Part shown: one piece after another, positions 1-11,933 of the stretch
How the letters are laid out: every line of letters begins with the position of its first letter
Numbering within the stretch: the stretch's first letter is position 1
From: Octopus sinensis
Taxonomy: Eukaryota
Length of the DNA: 64,000 nucleotides
Assembly (NCBI RefSeq): GCF_006345805.1
Contig: NC_042998.1
Location: 183,954,001-184,018,000, forward strand
Reading direction: 5' to 3'
The notes under the pieces: model-generated
Databases searched by the model: none
What the model was told of the DNA's origin: nothing
Seen by the model: only the letters and a program-made list of their open reading frames with translations
Translations under genes and position numbers: made by a program

Positions 1-338
1 GGTACCAGTGACGTCACAGCTCATTTATTAACGTGCAAGTGGCAGAGCACTCCACAGACATGTGTACCCTTAACGTAGTTCTCGGGGAGATTCAGCGTGA
101 CAAAGAGAGTGACAAGACTGGCCCTTTGAAATACAGGTACAACAGAAACAGGAAGTAAGAGTGAGAGAAAGTTGTGGTGAAACAGTACAACAGGGTTCAC
201 CACCACCACCCGCTGGGGCCTCGTGGAGCTTTAGGTGTTTTTGCTCAATAAACACTCACAATGCCCAGTCTGGGAATCGAAACTGTGAACCTACGACCGT
301 GAGTCTGCTGCCCTAACCACTGGGCCATTGCGCCTCCA
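1..338 (-). mobile_element. tRNA-derived SINE (family D), truncated by the window edge
   Basis: Minus-strand head GGCGCAATGGCCCAGTGGTTAGGGCAGC...GTTTCGATTCCCAGAC (A and B boxes). Confidence 0.75.
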
Positions 339-551
339 CCATGTGAACATGTATTTTCCTAATAATGTGTGTAGCAACTGTATGCATATATTTATGTGCA
401 ATTTAGATTTTTAAAAATGTTAGCTTGTCACACAAAACAACTCTGTATTCAAAATTAAAAATGAAATTAACCACTGATCTAAACCTGGTTTATATTTTTC
501 AAAATAAAATGTCTTTGTCAATATTTTGTTGCTCTGTTGTTTGTACTTTCT

Positions 552-1077
552 GCACTGGTGAGACCCATATTGGAGTACGGGATTCAAGCCTCTTCTCCTT
601 ATCTCCTCAAAGACATACATCATCTCAAAAGAGTCCAGAAGCTGGCTACCCGCATGGTTCTTGGTCTCAAGCATTTGTCTTATGAAGAAAGGCTGAAGAC
701 GCTCAACCCTTATTCTCTAGAAAAACGACACCGCCGTGGTGATCTCATTCTCGCTCACAACATCATAAGCAGAAAGTGTAACCTCTCAAAAGAGCTGTTC
801 TTCACTTCTGCTCCAGAGCGTCGGCTGCGGGGTCACTCTATCTGAGACGATTTCATCTCAATCGAAGGAGAGGGTCTTTCTCCGTCTGGGTTGCGGATCC
901 GTGGAATAAGCTGCCGGACGAGATAGTGAAGATGCCGACGACCGCTCAGTTCAAAGTCTCTCTTGACTAGAAATGGCCTGAATTCTTTGCATGAACACCC
1001 TCTACATAACTCCATGTCCCCTTACATGGCCTTGCTTTTTGCTTTTTGAGCCAAAAAATTAATTTAACTTAACTTAA
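552..1077 (+). mobile_element. CR1-type LINE 3' fragment
   Basis: LVRPILEYGIQASSPY...KRVQKLATRMVLGLKHLSYEERLKTL...RGDLI...WNKLPDEIV, a 3'UTR and an (ACTTA)n-like tail. Same family as 17961-19434. Confidence 0.88.
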
Positions 1078-1780
1078 AATAGAAATAATTAAAATTTTGG
1101 CCACTGAGTTCCTGTATATAAAACATTAACATTTAATGAGTATAATATTTCTAGTATGCAGATGATGTATTTGTTGCCAGGGGGGACAGTTATCTGTTTT
1201 CTAATGACATGATATCACCATGTCTGCAGCCTGTTACAACTAATTTTACAGATGAGCACTTCATTCTAAAATTTTGTCTCTTCTTAGACAGAAATCTGAA
1301 TCTTCAGATGTATCTCTCTTTTACTCTTTTACTTGTTTCAGTCATTTGACTGTGGCCATGCTGGAGCACCGCCTTTAGTCGAGCAAATTGACACCAGGAC
1401 TTATTCTCTGGAAGCCTAGTACTTATTCTATCGTTCTCTATTGCCGAACCGCTAAGTTACGGGGACGTAAACACACCAGCAACGGTTGTCAAACGATGTT
1501 GGGGGGACAGACACCGACACACAAACACACACACACATATTGAGGTAGAAATTTATCCTATTCATTGTTTAGACTTTAAATATTTGCCTAGGGTTTGTAC
1601 AGGTAAGAAATGGATTACTCGTTCCCCTCTCTCTCTCTCTCTGATCCTCTTTCTTATATCCGTGTTCACAGGAGAAGAGGAGGGAAAGGGAGATAGATAA
1701 GCAATATAGTTCAATAACAACATTGGTGCAGGTGTAGCTGTGTGGTAAGAAGCTTGCTTCCCAAAAACATAGTTCCGGGT

Positions 1781-1914
1781 CACTAGCGTCGCTAGAGTGT
1801 GGGCCGACCCCGGATACCACAAAAAAATATATTATCCACAGCACACCCAAAAGTACCGCCCCTTTAAAAGTGCTGCCCGGACGCCCCCTCCTCACCACCA
1901 CCGCTACGCTAGAG
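1781..1914. mobile_element. hAT-type MITE nested in a SINE head
   Basis: TIRs CACTAGCG.../...CGCTAGAG. 8-bp TSD ttccgggt / ttccggtt. Confidence 0.78.
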
Positions 1915-3039
1915 TTCCGGTTTTGTCCCACTGCGTGGCACTTTGGGCGAGTGTCTTCTACTATAGCCTCGGGCCGACCAAAGCCTTGCGAGTGGATTTG
2001 GTAGATGGAAAGTGAAGGAAGTCCGTCGTTCTGCTTAGAACAACTAGTTAGCCACAGAACGGCATCTTAAATGAATAAAACTATTTCGTAGCCGCTAAAT
2101 AAGCTGATATCAGCGAATTTGACAACGTGGAAGTGCCTGAATTATAATAATGGATCGCTAATGTTCTGTAATGCTTGTACTGGTAACGTCATCACTATTT
2201 TTTTAAAAGTATGTAGCGGGTATGAGTGGTGAGATATGGCTGCTATTTCTAGCAGGTCAAGCGACTGCATAGATATGCCTTCGCAATGTAAATGTATTGT
2301 CAAAATGATTTGGAACACGATTGTCATTGGTTAAAAGGTTTTCTTAATTCTTTAAAGGCGGATTATAAATCTTTTACGTAACTTACTCTCACGTTGTAGG
2401 ACGCACGTAAACACTTAATTAGTCCCTCCCCACCACTACCTCACATACATACGCACATACACGATTAGACCGTGAGACGTAGACATGTAGGGGACAATAC
2501 ACACGCAGTGAAAATAGCTAGGTTTGCAATAGTACACGTACACACCCGTTTTACGATCTTGAGCTGTAATTTTAGAACTTTTTATTCCTTTATTTATTCT
2601 CTTTTTCTTTACATTGATACAAGCTCTCCAAATTAGAGACGAATGAGTTCTTTTCGTACGCTTTTAATTCTGAATTCGAACCTGTTATGACACCCTATAG
2701 CATTGGGTTGTCCAATACGTTAGGAGTGAAATTTGGTTGTGGTGTTAGAAACTAGCTTCTATCAAAGAAGAATTCTAATAAATAAAAGTCACACACACAC
2801 ACACACACACACATCTAAATAAGAAATAAAGTATGAATTTAAATTGATTAAATTTTTTATAAGTTCTACAAGATTTAATATGTTGGAAGTGAAATCTTTA
2901 ATGTATCCACCAAACATCTATGACAGACAATATCCATTTGAGACTGTGGCAGCAATAAACGATGATGATGATGATGATACATACATACATACAAAAACAT
3001 ACACACATATATATACAAATCAAATCAAATCAAATCAAA

Positions 3040-3535
3040 CCAAATCAAAATAGATGAACATCAATGGAATTTGTATCTTTGTGGTACCAGTGCCGGTGGC
3101 ACACAAGAAAACCATCCGAACGTGGCGGTAGCCAGTACCGCATCGACTGGCCTCCGTGCTGTGGGCACGTAACAAACACCATCCGATCGTGGCCGTTCGC
3201 CAGCCTCCTCTGGCACCTGTGTCGGTGGCACACAAAAAACACCATCCGAGCGTGGCCGTCTGCCAGCCTCGTCTGGCACCTGTGTCGGTGGCACATAAAA
3301 AACACCATCTGAGAGTGGCCGTCTGCCAGCCTCGTCTGGCACCTGTGTCGGTGGCACATAAAATCACCCACTACACTCTCGGAGTGGTTGGCGTTAGGAA
3401 GGGCATCCAGCTGTAGAAACACTGCCAGATCTGACTGGCCTGGTGCAGCCTTCGGGCTCGCCAGACCCCAGTTGAACCGTCCAACCCATGCTAGCATGGA
3501 AAGCGGACGTTAAACGATGATGATGATGATGATGA
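3040..3535 (+). mobile_element. Repeat B (RTE 3'UTR-only copy) with about 5 tandem ~57-nt units
   Basis: Units GTGGCACnTAAAAAnCACCATCCGA...TGCCAGCCTCGTCTGGCACC, then cccactacactc...catgctagcatggaaagcggacgttaaac(gat)n. Confidence 0.85.
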
Positions 3536-3606
3536 TATATTAATTATACATACATAAACACACACATATACAAATATATATATATATATATGAATGTATG
3601 TATCTG

Positions 3607-3864
3607 GACTGACTCCTGCGCAGGTGGCACATAAAAAACACCATTTGAGCGTGGCTATTGCCAGTACCACCTAACTGGCCCTCGTGCCGGTGGCATGTAA
3701 AAGCACCCACTACACTCTCAGAGTGGTTGGCGTTAGGAAGGGCATCCAGCTGTAGAAACTCTGCCAGATCAGATTGGAGTCTGATGCAGACATCTGGTTT
3801 GCCAGACCTCAGTCAAATCGTCCAACCCATGGAAAGTGAATGTTAAACAATGATGATGATGATG

Positions 3865-3866
<2 letters not shown>
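3607..3866 (+). mobile_element. Repeat B copy
   Basis: Same 3' end and (GAT)n tail. Confidence 0.85.
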
Positions 3867-3900
<34 letters not shown>

Positions 3901-3911
3901 ATACACATACA

Positions 3912-4008
<97 letters not shown>

Positions 4009-4017
4009 ATATATATG
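3866..4017. repeat. (GT)n/(TA)n microsatellite
   Basis: Seen directly. Similar tracts at 4741-4780, 5199-5362, 17471-17531, 21737-21787, 63000-63060. Confidence 0.95.
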
Positions 4018-4739
4018 TGAGACATATGTGAGAGAATAGTTTCATTTTCATAGTTTGAGTATTAATAGTGAAACTATTAACCTAAAAGTATCTCACATTA
4101 CAATAGAGATATTATTGTTTCACTTTTGACATGTAATACTGAAATAGTGTAAGAGATAAGAGATTGCTCTGGGCTCACATTAGGCAAGAAGTTGAAAATT
4201 ATTTTGGCCCATGACACTGCATGGACTGTAAGTAAGGCATGTGTAAAATTTGAATGAAATCGGTTGTGTAGTTCTCGAGTTTTAAGGATTCACACAGACA
4301 GACACACATTCTCATCTTTATATATATCTTCAAGATAATAAAGCTTAACGTCTGTGTGTCTGTACATCTATAGGACAAAAGGGAATAGAAGATACATAAA
4401 AACAAAGTATGTGTTCTCGTGTAAAATTTTACAAGAAAGACGATGCACTACATAAAATTTCCTTTCCATTGTGATTGGGGGGGGGGCAAACATCCTCTGT
4501 GAAATTTCAAATACCTCCAACTTCCTTGAAAATAACAACTTAACTACTAGGTACTAAATGCAGACGATTTCCCAAATTTCACCATCTTACAATATTATTT
4601 AACCCCACTAATAGGCTTTATAACATGGACAGAGCCCCTTTGAAAGTGCAAATACATCCACTTTTCATGGAAGATACATAAAATTTAAGTATGTGTTCTT
4701 GGAATAAGTGTTTCTACAAAACTTCAACAATGCATATCT

Positions 4740-4782
<43 letters not shown>

Positions 4783-4784
<2 letters not shown>

Positions 4785-5198
4785 ACTCTTACTCTTTACT
4801 CTCTTTTACTTGTTTCAGTCATTTGACTGCGGCCATGCTGGGGCACCACTTTTAGTCGAGCAAATCGACCCAAGGACTTATTCTTTGTAAGCCTAGTACT
4901 CATTCTATCAGTCTCTTTTTGCCGAACCGCTAAGTTACGGGTACGCAAATACACCAGCATCGGTTGTCAAGCGATGTTGAGGGGACAAACACAGATACAC
5001 AAACACACACACACACACATACATACATACATATATATATACATATATACGACGAGCTTCTTTCAGTTTCCGTCTACCAAATCCACTCGGCCTGAGGCTT
5101 TAGTAGAAGACACTTGCCCAAGGTGCCACGCAGTGGGACTGAACTCGGAACCATGTGGTTGGTAAGCAAGCTACTTACCACACAGCCACTCCTACGCC
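4783..5198 (-). mobile_element. tRNA-derived SINE family A, full length
   Basis: Head GGCGTAGGAGTGGCTGTGTGGTAAG...GGTTCCGAGTTCAGTCCC, CCTTGGGCAAG body, internal (TA/TG)n and (AAGAGTA)n tail. Other copies: 1318-1540, 1725-2028, 15965-16362, 28419-28600, 29781-30146, 37258-37620, 56200-56570, 58566-58945, 61622-61975. Confidence 0.85.
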
Positions 5199-5209
5199 TA
5201 TATATATAT

Positions 5210-5252
<43 letters not shown>

Positions 5253-5364
5253 ACATACACATGTATGCATGTGTATATATATATATGTTTACATATATAT
5301 ATATATACATGTATATATATATGTACATATATATATATATATATATATACATATAAATGCATAT

Positions 5365-7650
5365 AGGTACAAGTTAGAGGTGTTTAAAACCTCTAAGGGA
5401 TGGTTAAATCTAAAGGTGCTCCTGGTGATTAACTGCATACGTACAGTCCTTGGTAACAGGTATATGGTAGCAGGTAATTCAGTGGGTAAACCATAGTTTA
5501 AATTATATGCAAGAAGAAAATGGAGGAAAAATAACAGGAAGAAGTTGGTCGTTTGCGCTAGTAAGCCATTAAGTTAATTAATTAATAAAGAAAAGTGGTA
5601 GTAATAGTACATTTACGATTGTTTCTGTTTAACCAGTTGTAGTGGCAGACATCATCAGAATGCATAGTCAGATGTAGAAGTAAGAAGAGCGAAAGACATA
5701 GGGATATATTGATAATGAGAATAAAGACAAGGAGTGGTGAGTCTTACATTATAGTAGATTTCTTAGTTGATAATTCTGCTGTGAAGTGGATGTAGGATGG
5801 AGGTTATTTTGATCTGTAGTCTCAAGTTTAAATAAGTGCATATTTTCCCCGTGTTTATTCTGGCTAGATTTTTCACTGGCGGTGTAAAGAAAGGGGGCTA
5901 ACTCTAACTCATGGTGAAAAGGGGGCTAACTCTATCTGGATTACTCAGTCCAATAAGGAATTTATGTGTCTCTTGGACTTGAAGTTGCAGGAAGTTCGTA
6001 GTAATGGAGGAAGCCCTGTGTAATGTAAAATAATTTATTATGGGGTGTGTAAAGCGAGTGGTGGTTGGGAAGTGAATGTTTGTGTGTAAGTAGTTTAAGT
6101 GGTTCCCGGCTAAATGGGATTATTTAGATGAAAAAGCTAGCGTAGGATTTGTACAGGGTCAAGCGGGTTTACTGGTACTTGGAAAAGACAAAGAGGCCTA
6201 TATATAGACAAAAAATACTGTTCTCGTATTTTCTATTAAGAAGAGGCAGTTTAGCCGCTAGAATTTCCAGGTGTTCAGTTAAACAGAATTTGCACCGTCT
6301 ATTGGTAGAGTTGTAAGTTGTTTTTGTGAGTATGCGCCATTCTAATCTATATTCTATTTTTGTGTCCTTAAGCTCCCAGATATAGCTACTAAGCCCTGTT
6401 GAACTTGCCTTACTCCTATTTCTGAAGCTAGATTGGTGTGTGTTGTACCTAAGTATCATTTGGTTTTTCGTGGCTCTTATATAGGACTTTATATGGCCAT
6501 TTGTGTGTACGTCACATAGGTAAACTACGTTTTTAGTCTTACATCTATTAGAGAATTGGCACTTACTTCTATCCCTGCAGCCACATAAATTATTAGGCAT
6601 ATCTGTGTTCGTGTTATGTTGTGGCGAGCTATTACTACTCTGGTCTTCGTCTGTGTTACTTGGAGGCGCTTCATTAGTGTTGGGATTTGTTCTATTAGTA
6701 TGTTGGTTGTTAGATTTATTGTTCCTAATTTCCCTAGGTTCATAGAATGTGTCTAGTTTTTTTATTATCAATCGAGGCTACGATGGTAGCTAGGTTATTA
6801 TTGGTGATTTGTGCATGGGACTTGACATTATTTCTATTGTTATTATTTTTGTTGAGCTTATCTATGCTGTTCTTATTGTTGGTGTAGTTTGTAGTTATGT
6901 TTGGTGTGTGGTTAGTGTTAATTGTACTATCGTGAGGATTTCTGTTATTTAGGTTATTTGTATAGTGATTGGTGTCTAGGTTTTTAATTTTTTGTTTAAA
7001 TCCTGCTTTATCTAGTGCGATATTATAGATTTCCTTATGCTTATTAAAAATATATTGGTTGGAATGCTATGTACTAAACTTCTCTTAATAAAGTTTGGAT
7101 GGTTACTGGATACATTTATGTATTTGAGGTTAGTTGCGTTTTATATAGGGTTTATGGAGTCCTGTGGCTAAGTTGCAGTTTGTGTCTAAGTAGTTAATGG
7201 TGTTGTGTTCCTTTTCTATAGAAGTAGATAGTCCAAATCTTTTAAAGAAATTGTGTAGTTTTTTTTATAAGTTCTAGTTTCCTATTTGAGGGTTTATTTA
7301 TTATAAAAAGTGCGTCATCCTTGTATAATCTACTCTTGAGTTCTGGGAATTCATCCTGTATGTATGATAGCAAATAAATGCCCACCAGGTCAGTCACTAT
7401 GAACTTTCTACAACTTCAAGTCCAAAAGACACATAAATTCCTTACCCCGGACTGTGTAATCGGGATAGAGTTAGCCCCCTTTTCACCATGAGTTAGATTT
7501 AACCCCCTTTCTTTACACTGCCGGTGAAAAGTCTAGCCAGAATATACACGTGGAAAATATGCGCTTACTTAAACTTGAAACTACAGATCAAAATAACCTC
7601 CATCATACATTCACTTCACAGAAGAATTATCAACTAAGAAATCTACTATC
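5365..7650 (-). mobile_element. Penelope-like retroelement, 5'-truncated and decayed, with inverted pseudo-LTR
   Basis: Frameshifted RT C-terminus (DLVGIYLLSY...RLYKDDAL...INYLD...YINVSSNHP) at about 6900-7390. GIY-YIG-type endonuclease at 6169-6771 (CGCRDRSKC...NVVYLCDV...SYIRAT...RYNTHQSSF...LSSYIWELK...WRIL...CKFCLTE). Segment 5751-6004 is inverted at 7396-7649. Confidence 0.88.
5608..5664 (-). ncRNA. Minimal type-I hammerhead ribozyme motif in the Penelope 3' region
   Basis: Minus strand: UGCAUU CUGAUGA UGUCUGCCACUACAACUGGUUAAACA GAAAC AAUC GUA AAUGUA. Intact core, GUA cleavage triplet, stem I UGCAUU/AAUGUA. Confidence 0.7.
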
Positions 7651-7685
7651 TTTTGCATGATAAATTTTATTTATGTAACCATTTA

Positions 7686-7871
7686 TGTGCAGGTGGCACA
7701 TAAAAAGCACCCACTACACTCACGGAGTGGTTGGCGTTAGGAAGGGCATCCAGCTGTAGAAACACTGCCAGATCTGACTGGAGCCTGGTGCAGCCTTCTG
7801 GCTTCCCAGATCCCCGGTCGAACCGTCCAACCCATGCTAGCATGGAGAACGGACGTTAAACGATGATGATG
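7686..7871 (+). mobile_element. Repeat B copy
   Basis: Same 3' end and (GAT)n tail. Confidence 0.85.
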
Positions 7872-8401
7872 TAAATATTAGAATTATTGATGTTATTTCA
7901 CATTTTCTACTTTATAGGTTCTTCAAAATTATGAGCTTGCTTTTGGCTGAAGACTGAGCAGCCATTTTTATAGGAGTGTAAAGACCATGTAATGCAAGGT
8001 GACAAGAATGTCTCTTTAGTACATCACATGGTTGATACAATAAATGTAAATTGGATAGTACATGTAAGTGCCAGAGAGAAAAAAGGAGACAACCACATAG
8101 AATGGTTAACAGAAAATTTATTGATATGTTAACAGGTGTGTCTGTGTGTGCATCATGTATACAGAATAATAGACAGGCCATCATGAGAACAAAATATATG
8201 TGTGTAAGCACAGATGTATGCACATGTGAAGAACATATAATTATGGTAATGAAAAAGAAGACAGTGAAAGAGTCTATAGCCATCGAAGTGAGAAGTTCAT
8301 AGACACAAGATTGAGAATACCAGCTTGTACATGGTAGTTGAAATACTGTATCAAGAAGTTGTGGCCATGATGCTGGGCTGGTTGCAGGTACATGTCGTAC
8401 G

Positions 8402-8782
8402 TGAAGTCGTGGCTGTGATGCTGCTGCCAGGGTCACTTGGTACAGGAGTTCTTACAGGTTGTATATTCGCTGTTGATCCATGGTGAAGTAATTCACAAAC
8501 AGTGAAGTACTGGAACCTGGTTGAGATGTGTGTGTAAAGAAATGATGTTGACAACGCAGAAAACATAACTGTGACAACAAAAAAGGATGCTGCCATAATG
8601 TTGTTGGATGAAGTTGTAAGTCTCAACATGGCTGCTGTGGTGTCGTTGCTGGAACTGGCTGTGTCTTGTGTGGTCTAAAAAGATCTGGAAGTGAAAGACC
8701 TTGAAAGGAGGAGGTGAGTTATAAGGAGCTGTAGGCTCAAAATTGGGTTGAGAACAGGCTGTCTTGTGATTTTATTTAGAGG
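8402..8782 (+). repeat. 381-bp direct repeat, copy 1 (copy 2 at 11934-12314)
   Basis: No mismatch found by eye; offset 3532 bp. Confidence 0.92.
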
Positions 8783-9627
8783 CTCTAAATGGTTATACGC
8801 AGCAAATTGGTGCGACAGAGTAAGAGACAAATTGCCCCAATACCAACCAATCAAAGTAGTGGACACACCGGGGTCCAAATAGCAGGCAAAGGCTAGCTGT
8901 TACCTGCTACATTCGAATGCACATATATATAATAAAGGGGAGAGAGGAATTTCACTTGAGTGTATGCTACAGGAGCAACACTAAAAGTCTGACCAGGGAG
9001 TGGTTTTTTGACTTGTTTATACATGTAAAAAAACACAAAATAACTAAAAATCTTATTTTGTTTCTCAGAATTCACTGTGTACTTAAGAATCATGCTTATT
9101 GTTTTCACAACAATAAGATAAGAAACAAAATATTTTTCTCAGACTGAAAAATACAGGTTATACATGTTCTTAAAATAAGGTGATGAGCTGGCAGAATTGT
9201 TGGCATGCTAGGCAAACTGCTTAGTGGCATTTTGTTCATCTTTACATTCTGACTTCACATTCCACCAAAGTCGACTTTGCCTTTAATCATTTTAGAGTTG
9301 ATAAAATAAATACAGTGCTCCCTCTTTATAAGGTGTCATGCTATACTGCATCCCTGCATATAATGTGGGTGGTTTGATGGACCCCAAATAATTTGAAGCA
9401 GAATTTCCTTCATTATCACCCACAACTTGCAAAAGCATTGATTAAAAGCAGAATTTCAATGAATTTCAACGAAATACGTATCTTAATCAACAGCTTGAAA
9501 ATAAATATTGCAATCAGTTACCATATAATTGGGTGCTAATTACATGTTTCATGTGCATAATTTCTTTGATTTTGAGATGAAAACAACACTTTTGTGACCA
9601 GTGTGCACTTTTGACTGTTTGTCTTTC

Positions 9628-11058
9628 GGGACTTAGAGTCAACCTAGCTAAAACTGAAGTCCTAATAAATAGGAAGGCAGGCAAACCACAAATCCCTTCA
9701 GGTAGATGGCCCTGCTCAATCTGTAGAAAAGGCATAGGTAGAAACTCTATAAGATGTACCCAGTGTATGGACACATAAGAGGTGCAACAATATCAAAGGA
9801 AGGCTAACTGGGAAGATAGCTTTTGTATGTGGCAGATGCTCAGGAGCTATAAATAACACTGAAAATGTGCAGAGAACAACTTCTGCCACATTTCAGGGAG
9901 AAAAACTAGAAGTAGTTGATGGCTTCCATTACCTAGGTGACCAAGTCAGTAGCGGCGGAGAGTATGCTGAAAGTGTAGCTGCTAGAATAAGAATAGCCTG
10001 GACAAAGTTTAGGGAGCTCTTACCTCTCCTGGTGACAAAGGGCCTCTCGCTCAGAATAAAAGGCAGACTGTATGACACATGTGTACAAACAGACAGGCTA
10101 CATGGCAGTGAAACATGGACAAGCTCACAAGGAATAAAGCAAGTATGATCCGATGGATGTGTAATGTCAGTGTGCATACTCCACAGAGTGTTAGTACCTT
10201 GAGAGAAAAGTTGGACCTAAGAAGCATCAGATGTGGTGTGCAAGAGAGACAACATTGCTGGTATGGTCATGTGGCAAGAATGAATGTGGATAGCTGTGTG
10301 AAAAAGTACCACACCCTAGCAGTTGAGGGAACCTGTGGAAGAGGTTGACCCAGGAAGACCTGGGATGAGGTGGTGAAGCATGACCTTCGAACATTGAGCC
10401 TCACTGAAGCAATGACTAGTGACCAGAACCTTTGGAAATATGCTGTGCTTGAGAAGACTCGGCAAGCCCAAGTGAGACCATAACATTGTGGCCTATGCCA
10501 GGGATGTAACCAGCCCACTTATGCATACCTTTCCTTCATTGGACACTAAACCCTGCTTGTGAAGACCTGTTGAGGCAAGTGAAATTGAAATCAAATTTGA
10601 TGACTGGCATCCGTGCAAGTAGAGTGCTAAGAGTACCATACGAGCGTGAGCAATAAGCTGGCCTCCATGCCGGTGGCATGTAAAAAACACCATTCGAGCG
10701 TGATCGTTACCTGCAACACCTTACTGGCACTTGTGCTGGTGGCACGTGAAAAAGCACTTGAGCGAGGTCATTACCAGTGCCGCTGGACTGGCTCCTGTGC
10801 AGGTGACACATAAAAAGCACCATTTGAGAGTGGCCATTGCCAGTACCGCCTGACTGGCCCTTGCGCCAGTGGCACATAAAAGTACCAACTACACTCTTGG
10901 AGTGGTTGGCGTTAGGAAGAGCATCCAGCTGTACAAACTCTGCCAGATCAGATTGGAGACTGGTAAAGCCATCTGGTTCACCAGACCTCAGTCAAATCGT
11001 CCAACCCATGCTAGCATGGAAAGCGGACATTAAACAATGATGATGATGATGATAATGA
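9628..11058 (+). mobile_element. RTE-clade LINE 3' portion (ORF2 C-terminus plus 3'UTR with tandem units and (GAT)n tail)
   Basis: GLRVNLAKTEVL...WPCSICRKGIG...FHYLGDQVSSGG...ARIRIAWTKFRELLPLL...LHGSETW...WYGHVARM, followed by the abundant repeat-B sequence. Confidence 0.88.
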
Positions 11059-11252
11059 TTTGTTTGGATTGTTTGAAGAAGCTTCTGCCAATCAAAAGGT
11101 TCAAATGAGTCAAACAAATTAATATTTAAAGGAAGTAATTAACACTCTGGAGGTACAATTTATATAAAAGGGAGACCATATTCCACTTCATTCATTACAA
11201 TTTCAAGCTATTTTGCAGATATTTAAAAAAGAAATTACCATATGTACACACA

Positions 11253-11933
11253 ATGCCTAAGAGGAAATCCTATTCTGTAAAGGCAAAGTTAAATCAGATT
11301 GACCACATATGAAATAGTGAAATCAAAGCCAAACTATCAAGAGAGTCCACCCTGCATGGTTGGGATTAGGATGAGGCTAACCTCAGGAGTTATGTACATG
11401 CAGTTGTGGACATTGAGGGCCTAGCTAGGAAGAAGGCCAGGACTGCCACTGACAGTGGACTTGAGAAAGCAGTTCTCACCTGGTTTGTTGAAGAGCAGAG
11501 TGGTGGCACCCTACTGTCAGGCACCATTATCAAAACCCAGGCAGAGACCTTTCATAGCCAACTGCATCCAGAGCAACCTGACCAGCAGACCTTTCTAGCC
11601 AACAAGCGCCATGGTATAGGTACTGTCAAGATCAGTGTGGAGCAGAGATCAGCCAAGCTGCAGATGACTTCCCTGCTACCCTGAAGCAGCATTTGGAAGC
11701 AGAGTCCCTCACACCAGAACAACTGTACAATGCATATGAGTCCAGCCTCTACTGGAAGATGCTACCAAACAACACTCTAGCAGTAATAACAAATGTTCAT
11801 AAGACTTTGGGCTACAAACAGGCAAAGAACAGACTTGCCATCCTCTTTGCCTGCAATGGGACAGGCACTCACAAGCTTAAACCCCTGGTTGTGGGCAAGT
11901 TTCGATCACCCAAGTGCTTCCACCATGTAAACA
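11253..11933 (+). mobile_element. Tigger/pogo (Jerky-like) transposase relic
   Basis: MPKRKSYSVKAKL...LEKAVLTWF...LSGTIIKTQA (CENP-B HTH) and LYNAYESSLYWKMLP...KNRLAILFACNGTGTHKLKPLVVGK (DDE start), with stops and frameshifts. Possible left end TA|CAGTG at 9313, interrupted by the RTE copy. Confidence 0.85.

Noticed and set aside
3075-3365. CRISPR-like array of ~24-nt repeats (GTGGCACnTAAAAAGCACC) with ~30-nt spacers; also at 10660-10880, 12640-12790 and 41680-41870
   Set aside because: The spacers are homologous to each other, there are no cas genes, the context is eukaryotic and the array is part of an RTE LINE 3'UTR.
5120-5198. tRNA-like sequences with A and B boxes (also 270-338, 26071-26150)
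   Set aside because: They are SINE heads contiguous with SINE bodies, with no complete cloverleaf or acceptor stem.
7912-8878. Cluster of 67-174 aa ORFs
   Set aside because: No recognisable domain or splice-consistent structure. Kept only as the source of the 381-bp duplication.
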